The notes below the pieces were generated by a model. The model was not told the origin of the DNA, made no database searches, and was given only the letters and a program-made list of their open reading frames with translations. This document shows, piece after piece, positions 13,243 to 24,960 of a stretch of 64,000 nucleotides of DNA. Both the position numbers and the translations under genes were made by a program. Origin of the DNA: Eledone cirrhosa (taxonomy: Eukaryota); assembly GCA_964016885.1 (NCBI GenBank), contig OZ024742.1:234980001-235044000 (forward strand), written 5' to 3'. How positions within the stretch are numbered: the stretch's first letter is position 1; each line of letters opens with the position of its first letter.

Positions 13243-13297
13243 ACTGCCTGAAGAGGTCACAGCCAATGATGACTGTCACCGAAATATATATAGCAGT
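13243..13297 (+). ncRNA. Minimal type I hammerhead ribozyme (PLE-associated)
   Basis: Stem I ACTGC/GCAGT, core CTGAAGA, stem II GGTCACAG/CTGTCACC (1 mismatch), GAAA, palindromic stem III TATATA, cleavage UA. AATAAA follows at about 13306. Lies 1.4 kb downstream of the PLE ORF on the same strand. Confidence 0.8.
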
Positions 13298-13929
13298 ACA
13301 TCCTTAATAAACGAAGCCAAATTTTAAATATTTGACTTAATTACTTTATTAACCGAAGTGTCCTACACGAGTGAAAGTATAAAGAAAAAAAGATTAAATC
13401 GAAAATGCAACTGGAGTCTTATTTTAAAAAATATATATATATTTATTTGGTTCCTTTACCGGTTTCGCAGTTCTTCTGCTTTTCAAAAGTAGAGTTGAGA
13501 TGGAGGGTCTATGGTTTTTCTCACATCTGGTTGGTTACTTGTTTTATATGGAAAAAAGTGGCTCGAAACGCCAGGTTTTTAGAGAAGTAATTTGATTGGT
13601 TGGTCAATAAGTATAAATTTCGCGCCAGTTCGCGTTACAAAGTTCTTCAAACAAGGTGGGGGGGGGGGACTCAGGTTGTTTTTTCATATATGAGTGTTTG
13701 AATTTCTTTTTACTTAAAAAGGGGGCTCACGAAGGCTTTTTTTTATAAATGTAATTTGATTGGTTATAAATGAAATTATGGCTGTCACGTGAACAAGTTC
13801 ATTAAATTTCGCGCCCGTATTTGGGAATTTATTTTGTAGCCTTTTAGAGAATTTTATGACAAACATAAGATAATGGTCAAGAGATGGGAGAATTTTTTGA
13901 CAGTTGGTTGTGAGTTTGTGGTGGGTAAT

Positions 13930-14285
13930 TTGGCATTGGTGAGTAATGTTTTCAGTGATTTCGGTTGTCTTTTGCTTTTGATTATTTTGTGTGTTTCATT
14001 CTTGGGTCTTGTTTCAGTAGTGGGATGTTCTTGTGAATAGTGTTGTAAGCTTCCGCATTTCTTGGGTTGTGTGTTGAGATATATGATAGAATATTGGACG
14101 TACCTTGAATTTGTTTCTGTTTTCGTAATTCATCAATGACTATTGCTTTAACCCTTTCTATTCCATTATTTATTAGTAATGGTGGGTACTGTCTTTCGAG
14201 TAGAATTTCCTTTAATTCTTGAAGTCTTTTATTTCGCGTTTTATAATTGGAGACAATTGTGCAAATTCTTCTTGCTAGGTTAAAT
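13930..14285 (-). mobile_element. Penelope-like element fragment (RT thumb and linker)
   Basis: FNLARRICTIVS...RNKRLQELKEILLERQYP...YISTHNPRNAE, homologous to the 6330-6650 region. Confidence 0.8.
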
Positions 14286-14594
14286 ATATATATAATTGCT
14301 AGGTTATATATATATATAAAGTATTTCTTCAAAGTGATTCAGTCATTCTCACAACACGAAATATGAAGAGATCTTCTTCAACCCTTAATTTTTTATTTTT
14401 AAATTTAAATTTTCATCTTTAATATTTGATAAGATGAATTACATTGAAACCAGTAATATTTCATAGATTTTATAAAACCCATTTTATAAAACCATTTTTA
14501 TCAAATTTGTCGGATTAAAGAAGAAAAAAAGATTCTTTAATATACTTATATATATATATATATATATATAAGAATAACATTAAGAAAGATGCTC

Positions 14595-14829
14595 ATTTCT
14601 ATGGCTACCCTTATGCAATCCAAGATGTAATATTTACATTTGTTGCTGGTATTGTAACGATTTCTTCAGATGAATATTCGTTTATGTGATATGCTGCCGA
14701 GCATGGAAGAAGAACATGTTTTTGTCTGCGGCATATCACACAAAGAATATTAATCTGAAGAAATGGTTCCAATACCAGCAACAAATGTAAATACTACATT
14801 TTGGATTGCATAAGGGTAGCCATAGAAAT
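14595..14829. repeat. Imperfect fold-back (about 105-bp arms), MITE-like
   Basis: ATTTCTATGGCTACCCTTATGCAATCC... pairs with ...GGATTGCATAAGGGTAGCCATAGAAAT, with a loop of about 25 nt. Confidence 0.85.
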
Positions 14830-14974
14830 AATTATAATGAATAAACGTTTTATGTGATTCACCACCTGTTAATTCTGAAATAGCTAGAAATAGCTTGCAG
14901 ACAGGCACATATTCTTCATTGACCATACTTAAATATGGAATGATACGCGATCTCGCCCCCCCCCCCCCCCCCAC

Positions 14975-15813
14975 AGCCTCGGCGGACAGGATGGAGAAGG
15001 CGTTTCCCCGGAAGACGACAAGGGAGACGCGCTGGAAAAGCCACTCCAACTCGCGGGGCTCACACTTGCGGCTGGCCAGCTCAGCGCCTATGGTGGTGAG
15101 TAGGGAGGTAGCCCTTGTGCCGAGGACACCAGAAGTCTCCACTGCCATGGTACAACTGCAAACCTGTCGGAGAGCGACCGGTATTTGAGGAGTTTGGCTG
15201 CAGAAAGTGTCGGTGCAAGTGGCATCCCAGACGAGGGGTTTGCCACCGCGGAATGGGAAGATGGTTATGCCATCTGGCCTTTTGCCGTCCCTTCGGTCCA
15301 TCCCCACCGGCTCGAGCTGGGAAGGGAAGCCTGCAGTGTCCAAGCCATGCTTTATGACTTCGTTGAGGACATGGAGCCAGGCACCACTGTAGGGTTTGGA
15401 GGCCGCACAAAAACAGGCAAGGCGGTGCTGGTCGAGCTGGCGCGGGAGCCTGTCTGAGGCCAGGCTGCACTGGATGGCATCCCAAGTGCTTTGGGAGAAC
15501 TGGACGTCAATAGGGGGAGAAGGAGTAGGGACGTCTACTGGGCTAAGTCCCAGCCGGTCCCACGTCTCACAGGCGGCCTCACGTTCTCTAAACTCAAAGT
15601 GTTCTATTGTGTTTGGAAGAACCCTGCTGACGAGGACGCGGCACGAGGTTACCGTCAGCAGGGTTCTTCCAAACACAATAGAACCCTCTGTGTTTAGAGA
15701 ACGTGAGACGTGGGACCGGCTGGGACTTAGCCCAGTAGACGTTCCTCCTACTTCTCCCCCTGTTGACGTCAAGTCCTCCCAAAGCACTCGGGATGCCATC
15801 CAGTGCAGCCTGG
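14975..15813 (-). mobile_element. CRE-clade-like non-LTR retrotransposon 3' fragment (restriction-like endonuclease) with a fold-back 5' junction
   Basis: GAWLH..LNEVIKHGL...EPVGMDRRDGKRPDGITIFPFRGGKPLVWDATCTDTF...AVETSGVLG...FQRVSLVVFRGNAFSIL. 15460-15632 is inverted at 15653-15813. Confidence 0.8.
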
Positions 15814-16374
15814 GTAATCACAGCATCTTTCTTAATGTTATTCATATACTGAATCTCCATCCTAACTTACACACTACGAGTGTAGAGAGCTTTCTCCTAC
15901 TTACTTCTATTTTTCTACCAAAACAACTTTTTTACTGAACAGAACACAGCCACAGACATACACACACACACACACATATTTAAATGGGATGATGATAATA
16001 TGTGTGTAAATTATGAAGATTATGTATTCTGTGAATGAATCTTTATTTGTCAGTAATCGTCGATGTTTGAACAGAAACCCAAAACCAGACCTTCTGCCGT
16101 TTTTTGTTTGTTTTTTATTCCTACTCCAAAATATCCAGCTGTATACAAATTGAATCAATATCTATAGATAAAGAGAAATTATGTGTGTGTTGTATTCATT
16201 ATGGACGGGTTAATTTCAAAACCTGCTAACCTCAACTTTCTCTTTTGGTCGAAAACAAAGTAATACACTAGAATAAATTTAATACACCATACCATTTCTA
16301 CAATAAGCAAATAAAAATGCGCTTCGATCCAAAGAAATCTGTATTTGCACGAATCCACACACACATACATACAG

Positions 16375-16442
<68 letters not shown>

Positions 16443-16460
16443 ATGTGTGTATACATACAA

Positions 16461-16493
<33 letters not shown>

Positions 16494-16498
16494 CAATG

Positions 16499-17120
16499 GG
16501 CATAGGTTAAGAATAACGTTCGCGAAAATGAAAGTCAATTTTCTGACAAGTGAATGTTTTTTGTTTTTTTTTACAATGAAAATTACGATACACTGTTTGT
16601 TTATTTACAACAGGTCTCTATAGTGATATGGTGTTAATTAGTATTGCGTGTGTGATTATTTTCTCTTATATATATGTGTGGGTGTGTATATGTGTGTATA
16701 TATATGTGTGTTTGTATATATATGTGTGTTTGTGTCATCATCATCGTTTAGATGTTTTTGTAATATCTTGCCAAAGTTGGCACCAACTATAAAGAAATTA
16801 AGGCCGGGTCATAAGAAAGACAGAGAATGATAAGGGATTTGGGTAAAAACATCTAAACGATGATGATGACACAAACACATATATATACAAACACACATAT
16901 ATATATATACATACAGACACACATATACACACCCACACATATATATATAAGAGAAAATAATCACACACGCAATACTAATTAACACCATATCACTATAGAG
17001 ACCTGTTGTAAATAAACAAACAGTGTATCGTAATTTTCACTTTAAAAAAAAAAAAATAAACACATTCACTTGTCAGAAAATTGACTTTCATTTTCGCGAA
17101 CGTTATTCTTAACCTATGCC
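16499..17120. mobile_element. Mutator/Foldback-like non-autonomous element with about 260-bp TIRs and a 9-bp TSD
   Basis: TIRs 16499-16759 and 16845-17120 begin GGCATAGGTTAAGAATAACG, around an 85-bp spacer. Perfect direct repeat TATACAATG at 16490-16498 and 17121-17129. Confidence 0.85.
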
Positions 17121-17987
17121 TATACAATGTACCCCGTCATTCGCGGAATTTTCCTTAGAACCTAACTAATGATTGTTCGTGGAAACCACTGCATTTTCGC
17201 GGAATCGTAAATATATTCCGCCATTTTTAATGGCTTTTTTCGTGGCAATATATATTTTTTACACGCTTTTTAACGCTAAATTATTAATAACAAATATACC
17301 GTATTTGCGTTATGTTTTGACGTTTAGAGGCATTTTTATGGACCACGTCCAATATTCGCGGTTTTTCACTCTTCGCGGGTGCTCTATGGGAATCAGTTAT
17401 TTTTTTAGGTTGTCTCCGTTGAATTTTGTTTTAAACCAAAATTAGTCGTTTAGCTTACATATTGAGACTCCAGCCCATCCTATTTATTTTATAACATATG
17501 GGATTTTTAATAATGTATTTTTTTGCCATGTATAATATTTTTTAATTTCTAAAGAAAATTAATTGTTGCAGGAATGCTACGACTTAAAATAAAATTTCGC
17601 CAGAGATAGGTTAGCAAAATTTAATAAACGGGGGATTGGGTATTGGAATAAGAGCGGGAGTCGTAGAAATATTAATGAGGGGGGGGGGGGTTAATGAACG
17701 GAAGGAGACAATTATTTGAGACTCGAGAGTAAATGAATATGTGAAAAATAAATACAAATAAATAAAGTTGTTAATCAGTAGTTTTACTCGTCTAAAAATG
17801 ATTGAGAACATCGCTCACACTGAAACCCTATAAATATATTAAAGAAAGTTAGGCTCACCTAACAGAGGTAACTGGTGATGCTCGTGAGGGCGCTTAGTTG
17901 TTCCAGCGCCTTTTGTTATCTTTTACTCTGGTAGCAGTTCGTTCGTCCACCCATTTTGCCTGCCTTTTGTTGTATGTGGTCCTAGAT

Positions 17988-18300
17988 CTGTGATTCCCAA
18001 CGCGGGGCGCACACTCCACGGGAAAAATTTGAATATTTAAGAGGGCCATTTGAAAATGATGTTAATGAGAACAAATTTCAGGTTTTACTTTATTACTTTT
18101 ACACCAAGGTAACTTTGGTGCACATTACGGCCAATAACTCCTGTCTCACCTCCTCCATATGATATTGTGCATTTGGCACCACTTATACACCAATTTGTTT
18201 ACACTTTGCAGTTGATCATTGCTGTTTTCATGTCAAAGGGGAACAACCATTTTTTAGATGTTGAGGTGGGGCATAGTGCACAAAAGGTTGGGAACCACTG
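17988..18300. mobile_element. hAT (Charlie-like) MITE
   Basis: Ends CTGTGATTCCCAAC...GTTGGGAACCACTG, with 8-bp TSD TCCTAGAT/TCGTAGAT. Confidence 0.75.
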
Positions 18301-19364
18301 TCGTAGATGTATGTATTGCCTGCTTGTGTGTGTGTGTGATATTTTCTTTCTTTTTTTCCTTTCCCTTTTCTTTCTCTTTTTTTTCAATTTGTAATGTTAT
18401 TTTAATAGTTAATTGTATTTATTATGTTTATTTTCATTCTGAAAGAATTGTGAACAATTTGTAATGTTATTTATACAACTGTGAATAAAATTTAAACCAA
18501 GATCTCATTTGAGAAAAGGAATTAATACGAAATGAAATATACAATGTTTCTATATGTATATTCAATTCGTCAAAATGAAAAGAGAAAGGAAAACTTTATT
18601 CATATAAACACTATAAGCATTCGCTCTATATACAAATTAAGATGATAGAATAGATTTCTTAAATCATTTGATAACCTTACAAATATTTCAATGAAATATC
18701 CTTTGGATATCTGCGTTCGGAAGTGAGTTTGTTCCATTTGTATCGTTTCATTCCGCCTCTAATTTGATTATATATAACTATCCAGCTCCATTCAGAGTTT
18801 CTCACTACTGACTGGCACACATGGCTATCCTGTGGACTTCTGGGAATAATCCGGGAAAGACTGGACTATGACTTGCTCTAATCTGACCTCCGACAAGCTT
18901 GCAATCGCCTTCTTTTCCAAAAACAGGGGGAAGGGTCCCTCGGATTCGCCCAACTTCGGAAATTTCTTCTGTGCGAATAACAGAGGCGAGAATTTGATGT
19001 TTTTTTAATGAATAATAAAGATCCTGAGTTAAAATTTATATCTTTAGGACTATAAAAGGTATAAATTCATTTAAAATAAGGTCTAAATAAGGACTAAAAA
19101 CTAAAAAAGTTCAAGGTCTAAAAAAGAAATTGTCCTACTCATAACATAAAACTACATAACTAAATAGAGCAAGGAATTTTGTCTGTCGCTCTACAAATTC
19201 TACCAATCCTGTAAAAAAGTGGTTCATTAGCATGCAACGTTGAGTTCAGCGTTTTCTGTGCAAAAGACGTCGATGGAAACCACACCGAGAATTACTTAGA
19301 TGAAGACCAGTTCATCAGTGGCATAACACATCTAAAAATTAAATAATTCTCTGATACCTTAGAT

Positions 19365-20417
19365 CGGTGTTTCTCAACCTTTTTACTCTTGTGGAATCCT
19401 TGAGATAGTTTTCATATCTCAGGGAACCCCCACATAAACATTATTATATATACGGTGGATATAAGGCGGTGGATTTGGCAGTATCGGTAGAGGGTCGGAC
19501 GCCATGCTTTCCAGCATAGTTACGTCCCTTTACGATCTGAGTTCAAATCCCGCCGAGGTTGACTTTGTCTTTCATCCTTACGGGGTCGATAAAATAAAGT
19601 ACCAGTAATGCACTGGGTAATTGCTGGCCTTGTGCCTAAAGTAGAAACAATTATTATATATACGGTGGATTGGCAGTATTGGGAGAGGGTCGGACGCCAT
19701 GCTTTGACGTATAGAGTTACGGCCCTTGCCATTCTGAGTTCAAATCCCGCCGAGGTTAACTTTGCCTTTCATCCTTACGGGGTCGATAAAATAAAGTACC
19801 AGTAATGCACTGGGTAATTGCTGGCCTTGTGCCTAACGTAGAAACAATTATATATAATTATTGTTGATTGGTAGTATCGGCAGAGGGTCGGACGCCATGC
19901 TTTCCTGCATAGAGTTACGTCCCTTTACAGTCTGAGTTCAAATCCCGCCGAGGTTAACTTTGCCTTTCATCCTTACGGGGTCGATAACATAAAGTACCAG
20001 TAATGTACTGAGATAATTGGTGGCCTTGTGCCAAAAGTAGAAACAATTATTGTTATCTATTTCTTTCATATTTTTAACGTAGCTCACATGATAAACAAAA
20101 TATTTCTGGGTGTTTAAAAGAACCCCCCCCCCTCCCCACACACACACTTTTTTGTCAAATTTATTGGCAATGCAAAAAAAAAATCATATTGCTCCTTTAT
20201 GAGACCACACACCAAGATTTTCGATTTAAAAAAAATCTGTAAACACAGTCACAAAAACATACACAAATAACAATATGCTATATGTATATAGCAAATATAA
20301 AATTGATCAAAAAGTACTCAAAAATGCATTAGCTTATTTATCACTGTTTCTTGTTGAACCCGTAGCGACCTCTTGCGGAACTCTGGGTTTCCGGGGAACA
20401 TCGGTTGAGAAACGCTA
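19365..20417. mobile_element. hAT (Charlie-like) MITE carrying a nested SINE trimer
   Basis: Ends CGGTGTTTCTCAACC...GGTTGAGAAACGCTA, with degenerate 8-bp TSD CCTTAGAT/CTTTAGAA. Confidence 0.7.
19464..20050 (+). mobile_element. Three head-to-tail copies of SINE family A
   Basis: Units at about 19464-19652, 19663-19850 and 19866-20050, each TGGCAGTATCGG...GAGTTCAAATCCC...GTAGAAACAATT. Confidence 0.92.
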
Positions 20418-20618
20418 CTTTAGAATTTAGTGTTTTGTTCTAACTAGGTTGGCGTCGTTCTTTCGCGTGCTAATAAACACGTAAATAAGTGAATAAATAT
20501 ACTAAATGAATGTTCCAGTTCTTCACTCAGCAGAACTGCATAGTTGTTGACGTTTAGTGAAAGTGGTCGAATATTCCACCAACACCTTTAACTTAATCCG
20601 CAAGATGAATTAACGTGA

Positions 20619-21110
20619 CTAGCAGAAAAACCACCCTTTGGGTGGTTTTCTGCTAGCATGTGTAGTGTGCATATTGATATTATACGCAAGTATATATGCA
20701 TGTAGATATGATACATCAAATAAAATCGTAATTGACAATATACACAGAAATCGAACGAAACTGCGTTACACTGACTTATGTAATCAGTAACGTAATCCAT
20801 GATACATTAAAAAAAAGACGATATTATATATAATCTGCATTAGGAGAAAATTAGTCACGGAAATATATGAATGTTTATTTAAGCGATCGCTAACCGGGAG
20901 TGTTGACATTTGAACATTTTAAAGAAGTGAATCTTAAAAAATAAGCAACAAAATTATTTATATTTAATCAAGAATAACGAAATTTAGTAGATAAATTATG
21001 TAATATTCATTCTTTATTTATTCAAAGTAATCCAACTTATTTTACAAACGGGATAAAAAAATATATATTCTCGACGCAGTCCCGCACTCCTTACTTTATT
21101 ATAGTTTAGA
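20619..21110 (-). mobile_element. Putative non-autonomous Helitron
   Basis: Minus strand starts A|TCTAAACTATAATAAAG and ends with a hairpin followed by CTAG|T. No TSD. Confidence 0.5.
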
Positions 21111-22319
21111 TACTGTGTGACAAAGCTTACTCTGTGAATTACTAGCCCATTCAACATGCTTCCACAGTTTCACTCACAAAATAACAACGATCAAGTGTTA
21201 TGGGGATATTTGGCTGTTATTTCTAGTAGATCAATTTGCTATGTAGGTAATCTTTCTGTGATGTGTACTCACAGGTCTGGTTTGGTCGAGCAGTCCTATG
21301 ACAGGCAGGTTATTGACTATACGACGAGGCGTAACATTCAGATCCTAGTTGAGGACCATACTGCACATTCCGTCATGTAGCGATGAATCGGACGGGGTGG
21401 TGTGTAACAGCTTGGTTATAGTACTCTATCTCCACTGCTTAGTCTACAGTAACGTAGCTGGGTGCGAAGCTTGTATAGGCTATATTGAAATAAAAGTTTC
21501 AATATCTATTATTTACAGTTGAAGGACCTTTTCAATTTCGAATAACTTAAACTGCGTCATAAGTACGCTTTGTATGGTGCATGGCAAACTCAAGAACTAT
21601 CCCCGACGGCACAGACTGCTAGTCTGTTCCTGTGTGCCCGTAGGTTCTCGTGGTTGCCACGATAAAGACTGGTAATGTGGTCTCGGTCAGAGTGCAACAG
21701 TAGCTGCTGTTACTAACTTGTGATGTAGCTTCTGTCATTCTCTGATTAATTTCACACGGGCTGAACAGAGATACTCCTATATGTCGAGAGTTTATCATTC
21801 TAGCCGTGACCATACCAAATTTCTGGCATATGATATTCAGTAATAGTTTAGCCTGTATGTTTAACCAAGTATTTGAAAATTTGGCGAGTGACCATGTAGG
21901 GAATTCTCCGCTAGACCGATCCTTCTGTGTTATTTGAAACTGGTGGTAATTTGGCTTTTGTATGCATTATTGCTTAACTCCAGGTTAGCCTTGTAAAACC
22001 TGTTATCAAAGGCATTCCATCCTCAGGCATCACATTTTTAAAAGCTAGAACTATATTATCCAATGTTTTTTCGGGCAATAGTGTGAAAGAAATTTTTGAT
22101 AACTATTTCTGAAATGTCGAGCGACTATTGTGTATATGTATATATTTCTATAGTAATAATTTCAATATATGCAGTTGAACAGTTATAAATACCTGGGGCG
22201 GGTGTAGATATTTTACAATTGCATATTCGCAAAAATAATTGCTTGCGATTTATTTTCACATTCTCTCACGACAGCTTTGTGTACGATAGGCCTCCTTCGG
22301 TTTTGACAATGAATGTTCG

Positions 22320-22590
22320 AGTTGTATTATCAATGGAACAGCTGGCTCATGAAATTAATGTGTAAGTGGCTGAGCATTCTACAGACACATGTACCCTTAA
22401 TTGTTAGGGAGATAGTGGGCAACAAAGCTGGCCCTGTGAATTTCAGGCACAGTTCATACTACGGGTTTCCTAATTTCGCTCACAAGGCATGAGTCGACCC
22501 AAGGCAATGGTAAATACACGCCTAAGATGGCACACAACGGGATCGAACTCGGCACCTACAGATTGCGAAGCGAATCTGTAATAGAAATCT
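22320..22590 (-). mobile_element. SINE family C, decayed
   Basis: Homologous in reverse to 60935-61260 (TTAAGGGTACATGTGTCTGT.GA.TGCTCAGCCACTTACACATTAATTTCATGAGC), with B box GAGTTCGATCCC. Confidence 0.7.
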
Positions 22591-22808
22591 ACAACGTAGT
22601 GTGGGTCACCAATTATAGTTTTTAATAGTTTGGTAGTGTATTGTGTTGTGGTGTTGATTCGAACCAATTATAACAAGACGGTCAGCAGTGAAATAAAAAA
22701 CCAAAAGGCGTTTTTATAGAAAGCAAACATATGAATTTATTAAGTCAAGTGACAAGCATGACTAATGCACAATTGTGACAAAGGTGTATGTGAGCAGGAC
22801 AGTAGGAA

Positions 22809-22910
22809 ATAATTGTTTCTACTTTTGGCACAAGGCCAGCAATTACTCAGTACATTACTGGTACTTTATTTTATCGACCCCGTAAGGATAAAAGGCAAAG
22901 TTAACCTTGG
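22809..22910 (-). mobile_element. SINE family A 3' half
   Basis: AATTGTTTCTAC...TTATCGACCCCGTAAGGATAAAAGGCAAAG. Confidence 0.8.
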
Positions 22911-23161
22911 GAAATAATGTGGGTATCTTGAATAATGAATCCCGACAAGGATTTACTCAAAAAGGCCAAAACAGAGGAGTATGAAAAGAAGGGACTCAAC
23001 AATATTTCTATGAACAATGCACGTAGACAGCTAAACTGTACTTTCAACTTCTTAATTTTCTCCAAATAAAACAAGTTTCCTGTCGGTATATTTTCGTGAG
23101 TTTTTAACAGGCACTCACAAATAAACGTTTCTCATTGGAGGTGTTATTACCAATGTACTTA

Positions 23162-23189
23162 CCCGTGCAACGCCGGGATACACTGCTAG
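23162..23189 (+). mobile_element. Helitron-type 3' terminus
   Basis: CCCGTGCAACGCCGGG hairpin followed 8 nt later by CTAG|T. The 5' end was not identified. Confidence 0.55.
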
Positions 23190-23394
23190 TATGTACAAAA
23201 GCTGAATCTCCATACTATTTTCTTTGTGTTGCTTCTAGACAATCGCGCAACAATCTTTAAATGGAAGTTCTGGATTGACACTGAATGATACATAACAGGA
23301 AGAAATATGACAATTATATGAAGACATGGTGCAAAAAAATGGGAAGTCTACAAATAACTTTGCCTTTCATCCTTTCGTGGTCGATAAAAACATA

Positions 23395-24960
23395 TCAGTA
23401 TCTTCCATCTCCTCTAGTCGTACCCTCGTCAGCGAGGTCCTCAGCAACATAGCCGAACCTGACGTGACCCCAGAACTTGAGCAGGCGAAGGACTCTCCGT
23501 CCACCAGTACACAAATGTTTAACGTAACTGAGACGACATCAAGTGCAGGTCTTCCTGCTGGCAAATCGAGTCTGGCTTAGACCAAAACCGCCTCGCCTGC
23601 CTCCGATCCGCATCACAACCAACAGCAGTGTGTGGCTTAATTCGGTGCCCTCGTTATCAACCTGTAACGGATAAGTGGTATTATTGGTATGGTAGTTTTG
23701 ATGAAAGGAATAATGCCATGATTGTGTTGTTTACAATGTTTATTTTACAATAACAATATTCAATTTGAACATCGAATAATAAAATTTATGACATGAAAAT
23801 ATCCGTACATTAAATTGGTAGCTCTACGAGCTACGTGAATGCATGTATCAGAGAAGACGATGATGTTACAGTTGTGTTGTGTCTTGCAGATACAATATTA
23901 CAGGAAAGATAGGATGAGAGTATAATATGTACAATATGAACTTACTATGTGTGTGTGTGTGCCTTTTCTTAGTATACGTTATTGTCTTAATAGTAGTGGT
24001 CAATCTGTCAGGCAGGCATGGCTGGCTGTCTGGCTGTTTCGGTGGCCGAGGAGGTAAGCCAGTGAGGGCCAGGAGAAAGATAGAGTGAAAGGTTTACTGA
24101 TGCTACATCGTTATCTTGTTGACTGCCGCTTCGTGTCTGACCCTTTGGTTCCTTAACTCCTTGTATTTATAATAAGTGCTTAAGTTAGAAGGATGGATAT
24201 ATGAGGTTGATTTATGGTCAGTTCTGTGGTTAACGTCTCCCAAGAGGTTGGGGTCACAGGTAAAATGGAATGTACATTTATTATCGTTGTCTTGACAAGA
24301 CAATGGTGAGAACTTCCAACGATAGATTGTCCCAGAGGCGAGAAAGCTTGGATTCGGTTTCGAATCTTCGCCGGTAAAACATAGGAGTATTCCGTTATAA
24401 ACCGGTACCCTTCTTGATGACAAGGGCACTTGCATTGGAGTGGTCCAACGTTTCGACCTCCGCGTGTGTGATCCACATAAATGCCGTTGTGGGACTGTCG
24501 TTAACGAATTTGGCCTGCTCCCACTGTCTTGTTGCCAGAGCGCAGGCCGGCTCCCTCGACATACCACTTTCAAAGGCATATTGAGAAGGAGCCTGGACGC
24601 AGCTGGCTTTCCAACTCAACTGGAGCCTGCAATCGTCGACCTCGGAGACGGAAAGCGCCCCGACGAATTTACCCTCTTCCCATTCGAAGGAGGTAAATCC
24701 CTCATCTGGGATGCCACATGCTATGGCACGTTCTCCGACTCCAACTTAGTCGCTGCAGCAACAAACAAGTAAATACCGGGGCTTGTCTGGTCGCTTCCTC
24801 TTCGCACCGGTCGCCGTCAAGATTTCAGATGTCCTTGGATGTCCTGTACTGCCGAACTCCTCCGTAAAATTGGATCGTGTGCAGCCCGTCTGAGGAAGGA
24901 ACTCCGCGTGTGGGGTGGCTGTTGCAAGCGGTTGTCGCTGACCTTGTGACCAAGGGTTTC
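23395..24960 (+). mobile_element. CRE-like RLE retrotransposon fragment interrupted by a solo LTR
   Basis: Homologous to 31040-31700: SSISSSRTLVSEVLS..AEPD, HKCRCG, EPAIVDLGDGKRPDEFTLFPFEGGKSLIWDATC. Confidence 0.8.
23663..24399 (-). mobile_element. Solo LTR (737 bp) with a 4-bp TSD
   Basis: Starts TGTAACGGA and ends TCCGTTATA (inverted termini, CA mutated to TA). AACC is duplicated at 23659-23662 and 24400-24403. The uninterrupted site TCATCAACCGGTACCC is present in the sister copy near 31410. Strand inferred from TATA/AATAAA orientation. Confidence 0.8.

Noticed and set aside
14750-15799. 349-aa ORF as a real gene
   Set aside because: It is chimeric: it starts in the inverted arm of the CRE fold-back, passes through a deleted RLE domain and ends in an unrelated hairpin repeat.
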